Source of the DNA: the human T2T-CHM13v2.0 reference genome, Homo sapiens
Assembly: GCF_009914755.1 (NCBI RefSeq)
Contig: NC_060929.1
Length of the DNA stretch: 64,000 nucleotides
Strand: one strand, 5' to 3'
The translations under genes were made by a program, and so were the position numbers. The notes beneath the pieces are model-generated. The model did not search any database, had not been told where the DNA came from, and saw only the letters and a program-made list of their open reading frames with translations. Below, one piece after another: positions 45,251 through 61,039 of the stretch (position 1 is the stretch's first letter; every line of letters begins with the position of its first letter).

Positions 45251-48200
45251 ATGTGGCCTCTTGTGTCCAACTTCTTTCACTTAGAAAGATGTTTCTGAGG
45301 TTTATCCATGATGTAGCATGTGTCAGTAGTCCCATTCCGTCCCTGGACCCACTCTCTCTCACACACCTCTCTGTAGTTCTAACCAACCAGGAATCTAATG
45401 TCTGTCTCTATAATTTTGCCACAAACTCTTGTATTCTTATCAAGATTTAGTAGAGTTTTAGGAATAAATATTTCTCCATTTGCTGTATGCCCTCAGGACT
45501 GTTTTCAGAAACAAAAATATTTAAACAGAATTTTCATCAATTAAATGCTTGTTTCACTGGGAAGAGAGTCCTCTGAATTGTTCACATTACCATTCCACCC
45601 ATTGTGGTTTTTATTTGCTCCTTCCAAATGACTAATGCTTCTGATTGTTGTCTCATGTGCACACAACCATTTCTAAATCTTCATAGTAAAATGCCTGTTC
45701 CTATCTTTTGCCAATTTTTTTTCATTTGTCTTCTTATTACCGAGTTATATGGGCTGTATTTCATTGTACTCTATTTTTGTTTACCAGATATGCTACTTGT
45801 TTTTATCACATCGAAAATAGAAATAGGAGTTTTTTTCCTAACTATTAATCTCTTTAATGAGATTAAGGTCTTAAAAGAAAAGTACTTTTCTTGAAAGATT
45901 TACTTCTTTATTCCTCATCTTTTGATATTTTGCATAAATTTTTCACTAGAATCAGCTCTTCTTTTCTAATGCTTTTCTTGTGTTTGAATTTTTTTCAATT
46001 GAGGGTCAACCTTATAAAATTTTCCCATCATGGGTGGTCTCTTTATTGATTCTGGCACCATTTTAAGCTAGAAATAGAGGCACTGGCAACTAATGGACAA
46101 TTTGGGCTTATTTCTCATTATTGTCTCTTTTACAACTTTTTTTCTCTATACCGGAAAAAACATACAGGTATTCAATTTATATTATCAAGCTCAGTGATCA
46201 TCTACCCCTCACCACCTGGGGTTCAATAAAGGTACTCATACGTGAGAAGAAGGAAAATGCCAAGATGGGCGTCACCAGGAAAGCTCTGGTCATTTCTGGG
46301 ATTCAACTATTTGGCCACCATCCAGGGACCTGCTCCTTAAGGCCTGTAAGGTTGTTGGCAGTTATCACCTCACAACTCTATATTCAGACCATCTTTCCAA
46401 ACACAATATTTCTGGGATTTCTTTCAGTCTTATCAGTCACTTGACCAAGGCAAAGAGGTGATATATGGAATGATATCAGAGGGAACTCAGCGGTCAGAGA
46501 TGGAGAACAATATCTAGAGAACAATAGGGAATATTACACTGCCAATACTTTTGTTTTTCAATATCAAAAGAAAGTTGACCATATAACCACTACTCCATTA
46601 ATCACAACAGAATTTAATAGCAAACAAGCAATCAAGATGTGTTTATCATGCAAATCTTGGAAGTGAAAAGACTTTTCATCTTTATTGTATAGACACGGAA
46701 AGAATTCTCTTAAAGCCTTTTGCTTTAAGGTATTTAATTTTTTCCAAAAAAAATGAATTAACCTATCAAGTTTAATAATTTAAATTAGTTTATGTAAATA
46801 CATCAGGACAAATAAAAAGTACTATTAAATTCAAACAATTCAATATTCAAGATAAAACAGTAAACAGAAAAAGTATGTTTCAAAAAAATTTAGGAACTAT
46901 CTCCTAGCTATGTAAGTTTAATCAATTAAAAAGGCAAAAACTTATCTAATGAGAACTATAAACAATATTATATATAATATATATACATGTGTATATATAT
47001 GAAGGTATATATACATATATATTCATATACATGCATGCATAAGTATATATACATGTGAGTGTTACAAAACTCTTTACTTACAGCATTTTTTAAGTAAAAA
47101 TTAAGTATAATAATTTTATGACCAATGTTTTAAAAATAAACCACTGAAATATCTAGCATATATTAAGCTATTAATATATGCTTTGATTTTTTTTAAGTTT
47201 AAATCTTTCAGTTAAATGCTAGTATTTTCAATTGTAATATATAATCCCTCTTTGAGCAATTAATTTACTATTTGTTCTAACTAAGGTTTCATAACTCCTA
47301 GATATATCTTACTCTTGCCCAGCTCATATAAAGGCTATAAGAAAGTTTCCTACTGGACATCAGATGAGATCAAACTGTCAACTTCACCAGAATGAACCAG
47401 AATATTTCTATTAAATCAATGTATGTCAATTTTATTTGATTATCCAAATAATTTCTGTCCTTAAACTTTTAAATTTTATTTGTTCTTATGATTATAGTCA
47501 TTAAAATATTTGTCTTCTAGTGATACCATGAGTTCTTATTATTTAGCTTCAACCTGTAAGTGAGAAAATGTGGTATTTACTTTTCTGTTCCTGCATTAGT
47601 TGTCTAAGGATAATGCCCTCCAGCTCCATCCATGTTCTTGCAAAAGACATAATCTCATTCTTTTTTATGGCTGCATAGTATTCCATGGTGTATATGTACC
47701 ACATTTTCTTTAATCTGTCATTGACAGGCATTTAGATTGATTCCATGTCTTTGTTATTGTAAATAGTGCTACAATGAATATATGCATGGCTGTGTCTTTA
47801 TGATAGAATGATTCATATTTCTTTGGGTACATACCCAGTAATAGGATTATTGGGTTGAATGATAGTTCTGTTTTTGGCTCTTTGAGAAATCACCCACTGC
47901 TTTCCACAATGATTAAACTAATTTACACTCCCACCAATGGTGTATAAGTATTCCTTTTTCTCTGCAACCTCACCATCGTCTGTTATTTTTTGACTTTTAC
48001 ATAATAGCCATTCTGATTGGTGTGAGATGGTATCTCATTGTGGCTTTCATTAGCATTTCTCTAATGATAGGTGAGATTGAGTTCTTATGCTTGTTGGCTG
48101 CGTGTATAGGTCTTCTTTTGAAAAATGTCTATTCATATCCTTTGCCTACTTTTAATGGGGTTTTGGTTTGTTTGTTGTAAATTTGTTTAAATTCCTTATA

Positions 48201-48361
48201 GATACTGGCTATTAGTCCTTTGTCAGATGCATAGTTTGCAAATATTTTCTCCTATTCTGTAGGTTATGTTTACTCTGTTGATAGTTTTCTTTGCTCTGCA
48301 GAAGCTCTTAAGTTTAATTAGATCCCACTTGTCAATTTTTGCTTTTGTTGTGATTGCTTTT

Positions 48362-48511
48362 CTATTTGATGTTTTATTTTCAATAATGAATTGTTTGAAT
48401 TTAATTGTACTTTTTATTTGTCCTGATATATTTGCATACTAATTAAAATTATTAAACTGGACAGGTTAATTCATTTCTTTGGAGAAAATTAAATACCTTA
48501 AAGCAAAAGAC
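48362..48511 (-). other. 150-bp inverted copy of 46715-46867 inserted with a 14-bp TSD
   Basis: Reverse complement aligns over its whole length to 46715-46867; flanked by ttgtgattgctttt at 48348-48361 and 48512-48525. Confidence 0.88.
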
Positions 48512-48625
48512 TTGTGATTGCTTTTGACGTCTTTGCCATGAAATCTTCGCCTGTACCTACGTCCAGAATAGTAGTGCCTAAACCCCAAGTCCTCTAGGGT
48601 TTTTATAGTTTGGGGTTTTACATTT

Positions 48626-51515
<2,890 letters not shown>

Positions 51516-54500
51516 TAAATCTTTACTCCATCTTGAGTTGATTTCTGTCTATAGTATAAAGAAGAGGTTCAGTTTCAATCTTCTCCATGTGGCCAACTAG
51601 TTATTCTAGCACTATTTATTGAATAGAGAGTCCTTTCCCCATTGCTCGTTTTCATTAGCTTTGTTGAAGATCAAATGGTTGTACATGTGTGGCCTTATTT
51701 TGGGGCTCTCTATTCTGTTCCATTGGTCTATGTGTCTGTTTTTGTACCAGAATCATCCTGGTTTGGTTACTGTAGCCCTGTCATACAGTTTGAAGTCAGG
51801 TAACATAATGCCTTCAGCTTTGTTTTTTTTTTGCATGGGTTGCCTTGGCTATTTGGGCCCATTTATGGTTCCATGTGAATTTTAAAATCGTTTTTTCTAG
51901 TTTTGTGAAGAATGTCATTGGTAGTTTGATAGGAATAACTTTGAATCTATAAATTGCTTTAGATAGGACAGCCATTTTAACAATATTCACTCTTTTTATA
52001 AATGATCATGGCATGTTTTTCCTTTTTTGTGTGTGTATCATCTCTAATTTCTTTGAGAAGTGTTTTGTAATTCTCATTGTAGAGATCTTTCACTTCCATG
52101 GTTAGCTGTAGTCCTTGGTATTTTATTCTTTTTGTGGCAGTTGTGAATGGAATTGCATTCCTGATTTGTCACTCAGCATGACTGTTTTTCATTTATAGGA
52201 ATGCTAGTGATTTTTTATGTTGATTTTGTATCCTGAAACTTGGCTGAAGTTGTTTATCAGCTGAAGGAACTTTTAGGCCAAGACTATGAGATTTTCTAGG
52301 TACAGAATCATGTCATCTGAAAACAGGGAGAGTTTGACTTTTTCTCTCTTCCCATTTGGATGCCCTTTATTTTTTTCTCTTGCCTGATTGCTCTGGCCAG
52401 GACTTCCAATACTGTGTTGGATATGAGTGGTGAGAAAGGGCATCCTTGTCTTGTGCCAGTCTTCAAGGGAAATACTTCCAGCTTTTGTTCATTCAGTATG
52501 AGTTTGGCTATGCGTTTGTCATACATCCTTCTTATTATTTTAAGGTATGCTCCTTCAAACTTAGCTTTTTGAGAGTTTTTAACATGAAGTGATGTTGAAT
52601 TTTATCAAAAGCTTTTTTGCATCTATTGAGATAATTTGTGGGTTTTGTCTTTAGTTCTGTTTATGTGATAAATTATCTTTATTGATTTATGTACGTTGAA
52701 TCAACCTTGCATCCCAGGATTAAGCCTACTTGATCATGGTGGACTTGCTTTTTGATATACTGCTGGGTTTTGTTTACAAGTATTTTGTTGAGGATTTTTA
52801 CATCAATTTTCATCAAGGATATTGGCCTGAAGTTTTCTTTTTTTGTTGCCTTTCTGCCAGGTTTTGGTATTAGGATGATGCTGTCCTCATCGAATGAGTT
52901 GGGGAGAAGTCCCTTCTCCACAATTTTCTAGAATAGTTTCAGCAAGAGTGGTACCAGCTCTTTGTTGTACAACAGGTAAAATTCACCTGTGAATCCATCT
53001 AGTCCTGGGATTTTTTTGGTTTGTAGGCTATTTATTACTGATTCAATTTTGGAGCTCATTATTGGTCCTGGTTCAGTCTTGGGAGGGTGTATGTGTCCAT
53101 TTCTTCTAGATGTTTAGTTTGTGTTTATAGAGTGAACATAGTACTATTATATTGACATTTTTCTTTCTGTGCGATCAGAGGTAACATGCCCTTCATCATT
53201 TTTAATTGTGTTTATTTTGATGTTCTCTCTTTCTTTCTTTATTAGTCTAGCTAACAGCCTATCTATCTTAGTGTTTAAAAAGAAACCCAACTCTCATATT
53301 TGTTGATCTTTTGAATGTTGTTTTGTATGTCAATTTCCTTCAGCACAGCTCTGATTTTGGTTATTTCTTGTCATCTGCTAGCTTCAGAACTGATTTGTTC
53401 TTGCTTCTCTAATTCTTTCAGCTGTGATATTAGGTTGCTAGTCTGAGCTCTTTCTAACTTTTCAATGTGAGCATTTAGTGCTAAGAATTTTCCTCTTATC
53501 ACTGCCTTAGCTGTACCCCAGAGTTTCTGATACGTTGTATCTTTCTTCTCATTAGTTTCAAAGAGCTTCTTTATTTCTGCCTTAATTTTATTATTTACCC
53601 AAAAGTCATTTTGAGAGTATGTTGCTTAATTTCCATGTAATTGCATTGTTTTGAGTGATCTTCTTAGTCTTGACTTGTATTTTTATTGTGCAGTGGCCCT
53701 AGAGTGTGTTTGTTATGATTTTGGTTCTTTTGTATTTGCTGAAGATTCTTTTATGTCCAATTATGTGGTTGATTTTAGAGAATGTGCCATGTGGCAATGA
53801 GAAGAATGTATATTCTGTTGTTTTCAGGTGGAGAGTTCTGTAGAAGTATATCATATCCATTTGGTCCAAAGTGGAGTTCCAGTCCTGAATATCTTTGTTA
53901 ATTTTCTGCCTTGATGATCTGCCTAAAAACTGTCAGCAGAGTGTTGAAGTCCCCACTATTATTGTGTGAGATTCTCTGTCTCTTTGTAGGCCTCTAAGAA
54001 TTTGCTCTATGAATCTTTGTGTTCCTGTGTTGGGTGCATATATAGTTAGGCTAGTTAGGTCTTCTTGCTGAATTGAACCCTTTACCATTATGTAATCCCC
54101 TTTTTTTGTCTTAGTTAATCTTTATTGGTTTAAAGTCTGTTTTCTTTGAAATTAGGGTTAAAACCATTGCTTTTTTCTGGTTTCTTTCATTTCTTTATTT
54201 GGAGTCTGTGGGTGTCATTGCATGTGACATTGGTCTCTTGAAGACAGCATACCATTGGGTCTTGCTTTTTTATCCATCCTGGCCCTCTGTGCCTTTTAAA
54301 TGAAGTATTTAGCACATTTACATTAAAGGTTAGTATCGATATGTGTGGATTTTATCCTGTCATTGTGTTGCTAGCTGGTTATTATGCTGACTTGTTTGTG
54401 TGGTTGGTTTGTAGTGGCAGTGGTCTGTGTGCTTAAAGGGTGTTTTTGTATAGACTGGTAACAGTCTTTTCTTTCCATATTCAGTGCTCCTTTCAAGATC

Positions 54501-57339
54501 TCCCGTAAGGCAGGTTTGATGGTTAAAACAAAACAAAAACAAAAACAAAGAACCTCCCTCAGCATTTGCTTATCTAAAAACAATCTCATTGCTCTTTGGC
54601 TAAGGAAGCTTAGTTTGCGTAGATATTAAATTCTTGGCTTAAGAATTTTTCTTTAAGAATGTTGAATATAAACTCCCAAACTCTTCTGGCTTATAGGGTT
54701 TCTGCTGAGCAGTTCACTGTTAGCCTAATGGGCTTCCCTTTGTAGGGAAATGGCGGCTTTTTCTTGCTAGCTGCCTTTAACATTCCTTTTTTCATTTCAA
54801 CATTAGAAAATCTGGTGGTGATGTGTCTTGAGGATGATCTTTTTGTGTAGAATCTCACAGGGTTTTTCTCTGTTTCCTGAATTTGACTATTAGCTTCTCT
54901 AGTGGGGCTGGAGAAGTTTTCGTGATGATATCATGAAATATGTTTTCCAAGTTGTTTGCTTTCTTCCTGTCCCTTTCAGGGATGCAAATGATTCACAGAT
55001 TTGTCTTCCTTACATAATCCCATATTTCCCAGAGTTTTTGTTTCTTATTTTTTATTCTTTTATCTTTATTTTTGTCTGACTGTCTTATTTCAGAAAACCA
55101 CTCTTTAAGTTCTGATGTTCTTTCCTCAGTGTGGTCTATTCTGCTGTTAATATTTGTGATTGCCTTGTGAAATTCTCATCCTGTAGTGTGTTTTTTGCTC
55201 TATCACATGAGTTAGATTATTTTTTAAATCGGCTGTTTCATCTGTCAGCTCCTGTACACTTTTGTTGTGATTCTTAGTTTCCTTGGATTGAATTTTGGTC
55301 TTCTGCTGAATCTTGATGACCTTTTCTGTCCAGATTCTGAATTATATTTCTGTCATTTCTCCAGATTCTGGAGAGTTCACAAGGACCAGGGGCCTGGAGA
55401 CAGCAAGACAAGTGTTGTGAAACAGCAAAGACCACAACCCACCCCTCCTACTTGAAGCTCCAACCCAGGGAACTGCAAAGCTACTACTGGTTTGATACCC
55501 CTGGTTGGGGGAGTGGCTGGAGACTCAGCCCAGGAAGGATCCACCCAGTGAGAAGATATGGGATAGGGGACCCACATAACAAATAGTCTGGCTACCTTTG
55601 TGTAGGGCTGCTGCAGTATGCTGGGAGTCCACCACACTCCCTAGTCACCTCAGATTTTCCAGTATCTGAAGGTATCAACAGTGAAGGCTGTCAAACAGCA
55701 AAGATAGTGGCCTGCCCCTCCCTCTGAAAGCTCTGTCCCAGGGAGGTATGGACATGTTGTCAGCCCAAACACACCTGCAGGATGTGGCTGGAGACCCCAG
55801 TCAAGAGAGGCCACCCAGTGAGGAGAAACAGGATTGGGAAACTGCATAAACAGGATTGGGAATCTGGCTGCATTTTTTGTAGTGCATCTGTGCTGCACTG
55901 GAGGCCTACTCCAGCCTCCAGTCACCTCAGACTTTCCAAAGCCCAAAGGCAAGAACAACTAAGGCTGTCAAACATCACAGATGGTTATCTGTCCCTCCCT
56001 CTGGGAGCTTCATCCTAGGGAGGTATGCAATCACTGTCGGCTGGAGTTTGGATGACTGGAGACCCCAGGTGGCGATTTTGGCCAGTGAAGACAAATGGGA
56101 TCTGGGTTCCATGTGAATAAGCAGTCTAGCTGCCTCTCCATAGAGTTCCTGGGCTATGCCCTGGGACCACTCCAGTTCCTAATTGCCTTGGACTACCACT
56201 TCTTTGGGTTGGGGAAGCTCCCTTGGCTCTGGGTCACTCCTGGGAGGATTGTCATCCTGCCTTGCTTTTCTCCCTTCCCCATGGGTTATTTCTTTGATGA
56301 GTCCCAATGTGTGTACCTGGATCTTTCAACTGAAGGTGCTATATTTATTATTACTTGTCCCTTCCCTTCATGAGAGTGGCACACATTAGCTCCTTCTAGT
56401 TGGCCATCTTGGCCAACCTCCTTATAATTGTTTATAGTTTCATATTTTCTTTTTCTCTCTCAAACTCTACAAGTACTTGACCAAAGGATGAAATTTTTAA
56501 TTTGGTTTTAACTTTATTAATTTGAATTTTAAATCAGCAGCAGAAAAAGCTGAGCCCTGGGGCAGAGTGCATGACATTTTTATGTGTGAGGATTATCTGG
56601 AAAGAGGGGGCTTATAGTGAAGAGAGAGTCAGAAGCTAAAGGTTCCTGTCTTGCCTCCCTATATGTTTAACATGTAATAGGTGAAATTTCCCTCCCTACT
56701 TTGAGCCTTCTGCTCCCCCCATGTCCAATGAAATTAACCTCGATTAGGGCTCTCAAATTTTTATTCAGCAAAACAATCCTTTCCTCAAATAAATCATCCT
56801 CAAAACACCTGTATATATAACAGATTAATATGCCTGAGAGATGAGGGTCAGGCTGACTTTGGATGAGATTGGAATCTTACAACTGGATACTTTTTTCACA
56901 CCTAACACACACTCTACTCCACCCACAATGCTTTCACAGATTTTTTTGTAGTCATTTTTGTATTACTGTTTTAGATTTGGCAGACTAGCTCTAACCTTTT
57001 ATATTTCCCCTCTTTCCTTTTTCCTTCCATTTGAAACATGGTATGTCTAAGAAACTTAACACTTTTTTTTAAATTGTATTAATTTAAATCTAAATTTAAA
57101 TTGTCACAGGTCCTTTGACTAGTGACTACTGTGTTGGATGTGCAGGTCCTCAGTTCATCACATGAAACTGAGAAAGGGCACAAGCTTTATTTCTGAAAGC
57201 TTTTTTTCTGAAAGCTCTTTCCTGAGACACTCCTGCTCTACTGTGCCTCCTGTAGTCCTGGTAGGCTAACTCTCTTCTGCTTTTCCTCCTTTTACAACTG
57301 CTGCTCTCAGTTCCCAGAACCTGAGTTTATTCTACTCCA

Positions 57340-57492
<153 letters not shown>

Positions 57493-57729
57493 GAACCCCA
57501 TCATTTTTCTGCTGTTTTTCAATCATAGGTTGCTTCCAGGTCCCATCTGCTCTTGCATATGGAGCCACTTCTAATTCTTGAATTTCTCAAATACCTCACC
57601 TGTTACAATTTCTTGTGTTTTCCTATCATTTCAATTCTCATTTCTTCATCTTCTCTTGTCTCCCATTGTATTCTTCTTCAAAAAATGTTCTCACAGCTTT
57701 ACTCTTTATACACCCTCAAAATCTTAAAA

Positions 57730-58236
57730 TGGGGTCTTAAAATAGAAATCATAAGGCTAAAATAACAGATTCTTATGACAATAAGATCCAAATTCTAAAC
57801 ATGACCTAAGGCCATGCCAGACAAGGGTCAAATCATACACCCCTACAGGTCACTCTGACCCAGTGTATTGGTTAACAGACTTCCTGATTTTAACTTAAAC
57901 ATTCATTTCTGCTGACTCCATATATTTAGACTAAGCTTTATTCCTTTAGCCAATAGCAAATTAAATAATTTCTGAAACCACATATGACCTGTAAGCCATT
58001 TCAAGATATCCAATCTTTTAGGCCAAACCAATATATACAGTTCATGTATTAATTTATGACTTTGCCTGTAACTTCTACTTTCCTAAACTGTAAAAAACAG
58101 AGTTGTGACCTAACTGCCTCAAGACATCACACTCAAGGCTTCTTAGGTTTGTGTTGCCCTCTGGCTGTGGTCACTCATGTTGGCTCACAATAAACCTCCC
58201 TAAAATATTTTACATCGTTTGGGTTTTCCCTGAACA
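57730..58236 (+). mobile_element. ERV1 solo LTR (MER34/MER39-group-like)
   Basis: 3' end ggtcactcatgttggctcacAATAAAcctccctaaaatattttac..gggttttccctgaaCA is typical of this LTR group. 5' boundary approximate. Confidence 0.7.
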
Positions 58237-58701
58237 AGTCAAGTAATAAGAGTGCTCCCTACTGAATTAATAAATATATAAGTATTTTGCATCACTCAAT
58301 TTATTTGAGAAAAGAAGATATTTTACACTGAATATTGCCTTAATCACTCTTCCATTCAGGAGTCCTAGTGACTTCTTCATTGTCTAAATTTCAATCTAGG
58401 GAACATGAGGATGGTAGCCTAAATTTATTGAACACTGATTATTCACCAGGCCTTGCAAAAAGTGTTTTAAATCTGTTATTACACTTACTTTTCTCAAAAC
58501 TAGTTTGAAAAAATACAGTTCTCTTCTCTTCTTTCTATATGAGAAAACTGAGGTTTGAAGAGGCTAAAAATGTTTCTTAATTCCAGAAAGTTGGTTAATG
58601 ATGGTGCTGTTCCTGACCTCATTCTTCTGACTTTAGAGTCCATGTAATTACTTGCTGCAGTCTACAATATGGGTATGTGAAAACTCCTTTTCTCCTTGCA
58701 G

Positions 58702-58827
58702 CTGGATTGTGAGAAATATAATTCAAGGCACAGGAACATCTTGACATTCTGAGCTAATCCTCATCTCTGTGTGTGGTACAGATAGAACAAATCAGGATAA
58801 TCCTAGCCAACTGTCCATGGAAATCAA
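58702..58827 (+). pseudogene. Decayed Kazal-domain exon (SPINK exon-3 type)
   Basis: Acceptor ctccttttctccttgcAG; LDCEKY, then after a 1-nt shift GTS*HSELILISVCGTDRTNQDNPSQLSMEI; phase-2 donor AA|GTGAGG at 58828. Confidence 0.72.
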
Positions 58828-59994
58828 GTGAGGATATTAATAGGAGTATGATGTACAGTATAGGCTAATTATGCATGTCTACTTAGAATTCTTGCTTTTT
58901 AGAGCAGGAAGAGAGCAAGTCAACCACCCCATTTTACAGATGGACACACTGAGCTCCAGAGAGGGAAATGATTCCTTACTCATATTCCTTACTCATAATG
59001 ATTCCTTACTCATGTACATTAGAACTAGATCCCAGGTCTGCTGACTCCCAATCGAGGGCCCAAGTAGTATTGAGGTCTGCATCATGAGACAGTCAACTGT
59101 CAGGTTGTGGACCTGAGACACAAGGTGCATTATATTTCTACTGAATGTAATCTTAATCTCATCAGATTGTCTAAATATAAATTCTTTCCTTTTTCAGTGA
59201 TTTTGTCATCTGTGGCAACTTAGTTTCCTTCTTTTTAGCTAACCTTGGGAGTGACTTTGGCTTATGATGACTGTATTTTCTAAGCCTTTGACAGAGACAG
59301 TTCGTGTGTCCATGATTAAGCCATAAAAAGGCTTATTGGTGTCAGTCACATTCAGCATGAGTATACTCTCTGACCTTCTTTGTTTGAGGAGTATTTTGGA
59401 CTAGAAGTTCTTTCTGGTGTTTTCTTTTGAGGCCTCCCAGTTTCTCTGACCTATCCTGCTCCTACCTCGGAAATTTCTCAGTTGACTGGATCCTTTCTCT
59501 TCCTCTTCTCCAACCCCTGCTGACTGTATGCTCCACTACTATGACACCAATTCTGTCCACTTTCTTCCTTATTGATATGAATATACTAACTTTAAGCCCT
59601 CTGCCTCCAATGGGTTCAGTTTTTGAGAAATTCAGAAACCCCAAAAGCAACCACGTGTGGCCAAAGCCATTTTCTCCATCAAATTATATGTTAGAACAAA
59701 ATATTATATTAAGAGTCCTCCATAATATTAGAGGAAAGTTTTCACCCTCATTTAAGCAGATAACCTTAATATGTCCAATCTTCCAGAGAAAGAATTCTAA
59801 TAAAAATGTAAAGTGGGAACAGATGAGAACCAACTTTTATACAAATTAGTAAGTTTTATGCTTTTGTATTTGTACCTAACTCATTACTAAAATTTTTAAG
59901 TGAAATCTGTAAGGTTTCTATTTGTGTCAGTCTATATGTTTATACATGTTTGCTATGTATATCTGACATTTTTCTACCCCCAGATGGTATTGTC

Positions 59995-60289
59995 TTTTTT
60001 GTTTGTTTGAGACAGAGTCTTACTCTGTCACCAGGCTGGAGTGCAGTGGTGTGATCTCGGCTCACTGCCAACCTCTGCCTCCTGGGTTCAAGCTATCCTC
60101 CTGCCTCAGCCTCCTGAGTAGCCGGGACTACAGGCACACACCACCATGCCCAGCTAATTTTCTGTATTTTTAGTAGAGACGGGGTTTCACCATGTTGGCC
60201 AGGATGGTCTCGATCTCTTGACCTCATGATCCACCTGCCTCGGCCTCCCAAACTTTTGGGATTACAGGTGTGAGCCACTATGCCCGGCC
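59995..60289 (-). mobile_element. AluS (Sc/Sg-like)
   Basis: Complete antisense Alu; TSD tggtattgtc at 59985-59994 and 60290-60299. Confidence 0.93.
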
Positions 60290-60319
60290 TGGTATTGTCA
60301 TATTAATTTATAAAATATC

Positions 60320-60684
60320 TGTATTAGTCCATTTTCATACTGCCGATAAAGACTTACTCAAGACTGGGCAATTTACAAAAGAAAGGTTTAATGGACTCAC
60401 AGTTCCACGTGGCTGGGGAGGCCTCACAATCATGGTGGAAGGTGAAAGGCATGTCTCACATGGATGGCAGCAGGCAAAGAGAAAGAGTGAGAGCCAAGTG
60501 AAAGGGATTTCCCCTTATAAAACCGTCAGATATCATGAGACTTATTCACTACCACGAAAACAGTTTTGGGGAAACCAACCCCACGATTCAATTATCTCCC
60601 ACTGGTCCCTCCCACAACATGAGGAAATTATGGGAGCTACAATTCGAGATGAGATTTGGGTGGGAACACAGCCAAACTATATCA
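60320..60684 (-). mobile_element. THE1 solo LTR
   Basis: tgtattagtccattttcatactgc...acacagccaaactatatca; imperfect 5-bp TSD atatc/atctc. Confidence 0.92.
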
Positions 60685-61039
60685 ATCTCTTAAAAAGAAT
60701 TCTATTCTAATAGGCTTAGAAAAAAATAAGCACTTCCTTAAAACTCCCAGAAATTTAGTAACTAATCCAAATGTTTTTCAAGGGTATGTAATTTGTATAA
60801 ATCTTTGATAAGTAAGACATTTGATAGTATTGGCTAAATAAAATCAGATATGTGACTGAGTTGTCAGCATGAAGTATAATGGAGACATACATTTTATTCT
60901 ACTTGGGTTTACTATCCAAATAAGCTAATATTATATTTGATAGGTGTTGAATATTATAAAACTTATAAATCTGATTTTAATCAAAGTGAGTAATTATGCT
61001 AACAACTTTTTTTAGTGATGATTATGTTTTCAGCTAACA

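Noticed and set aside
47320-47430. TATAAA followed by an ATG and a GTATGT donor as another first exon
   Set aside because: The peptide MNQNISIKS is not hydrophobic, and such motifs are common in AT-rich DNA.
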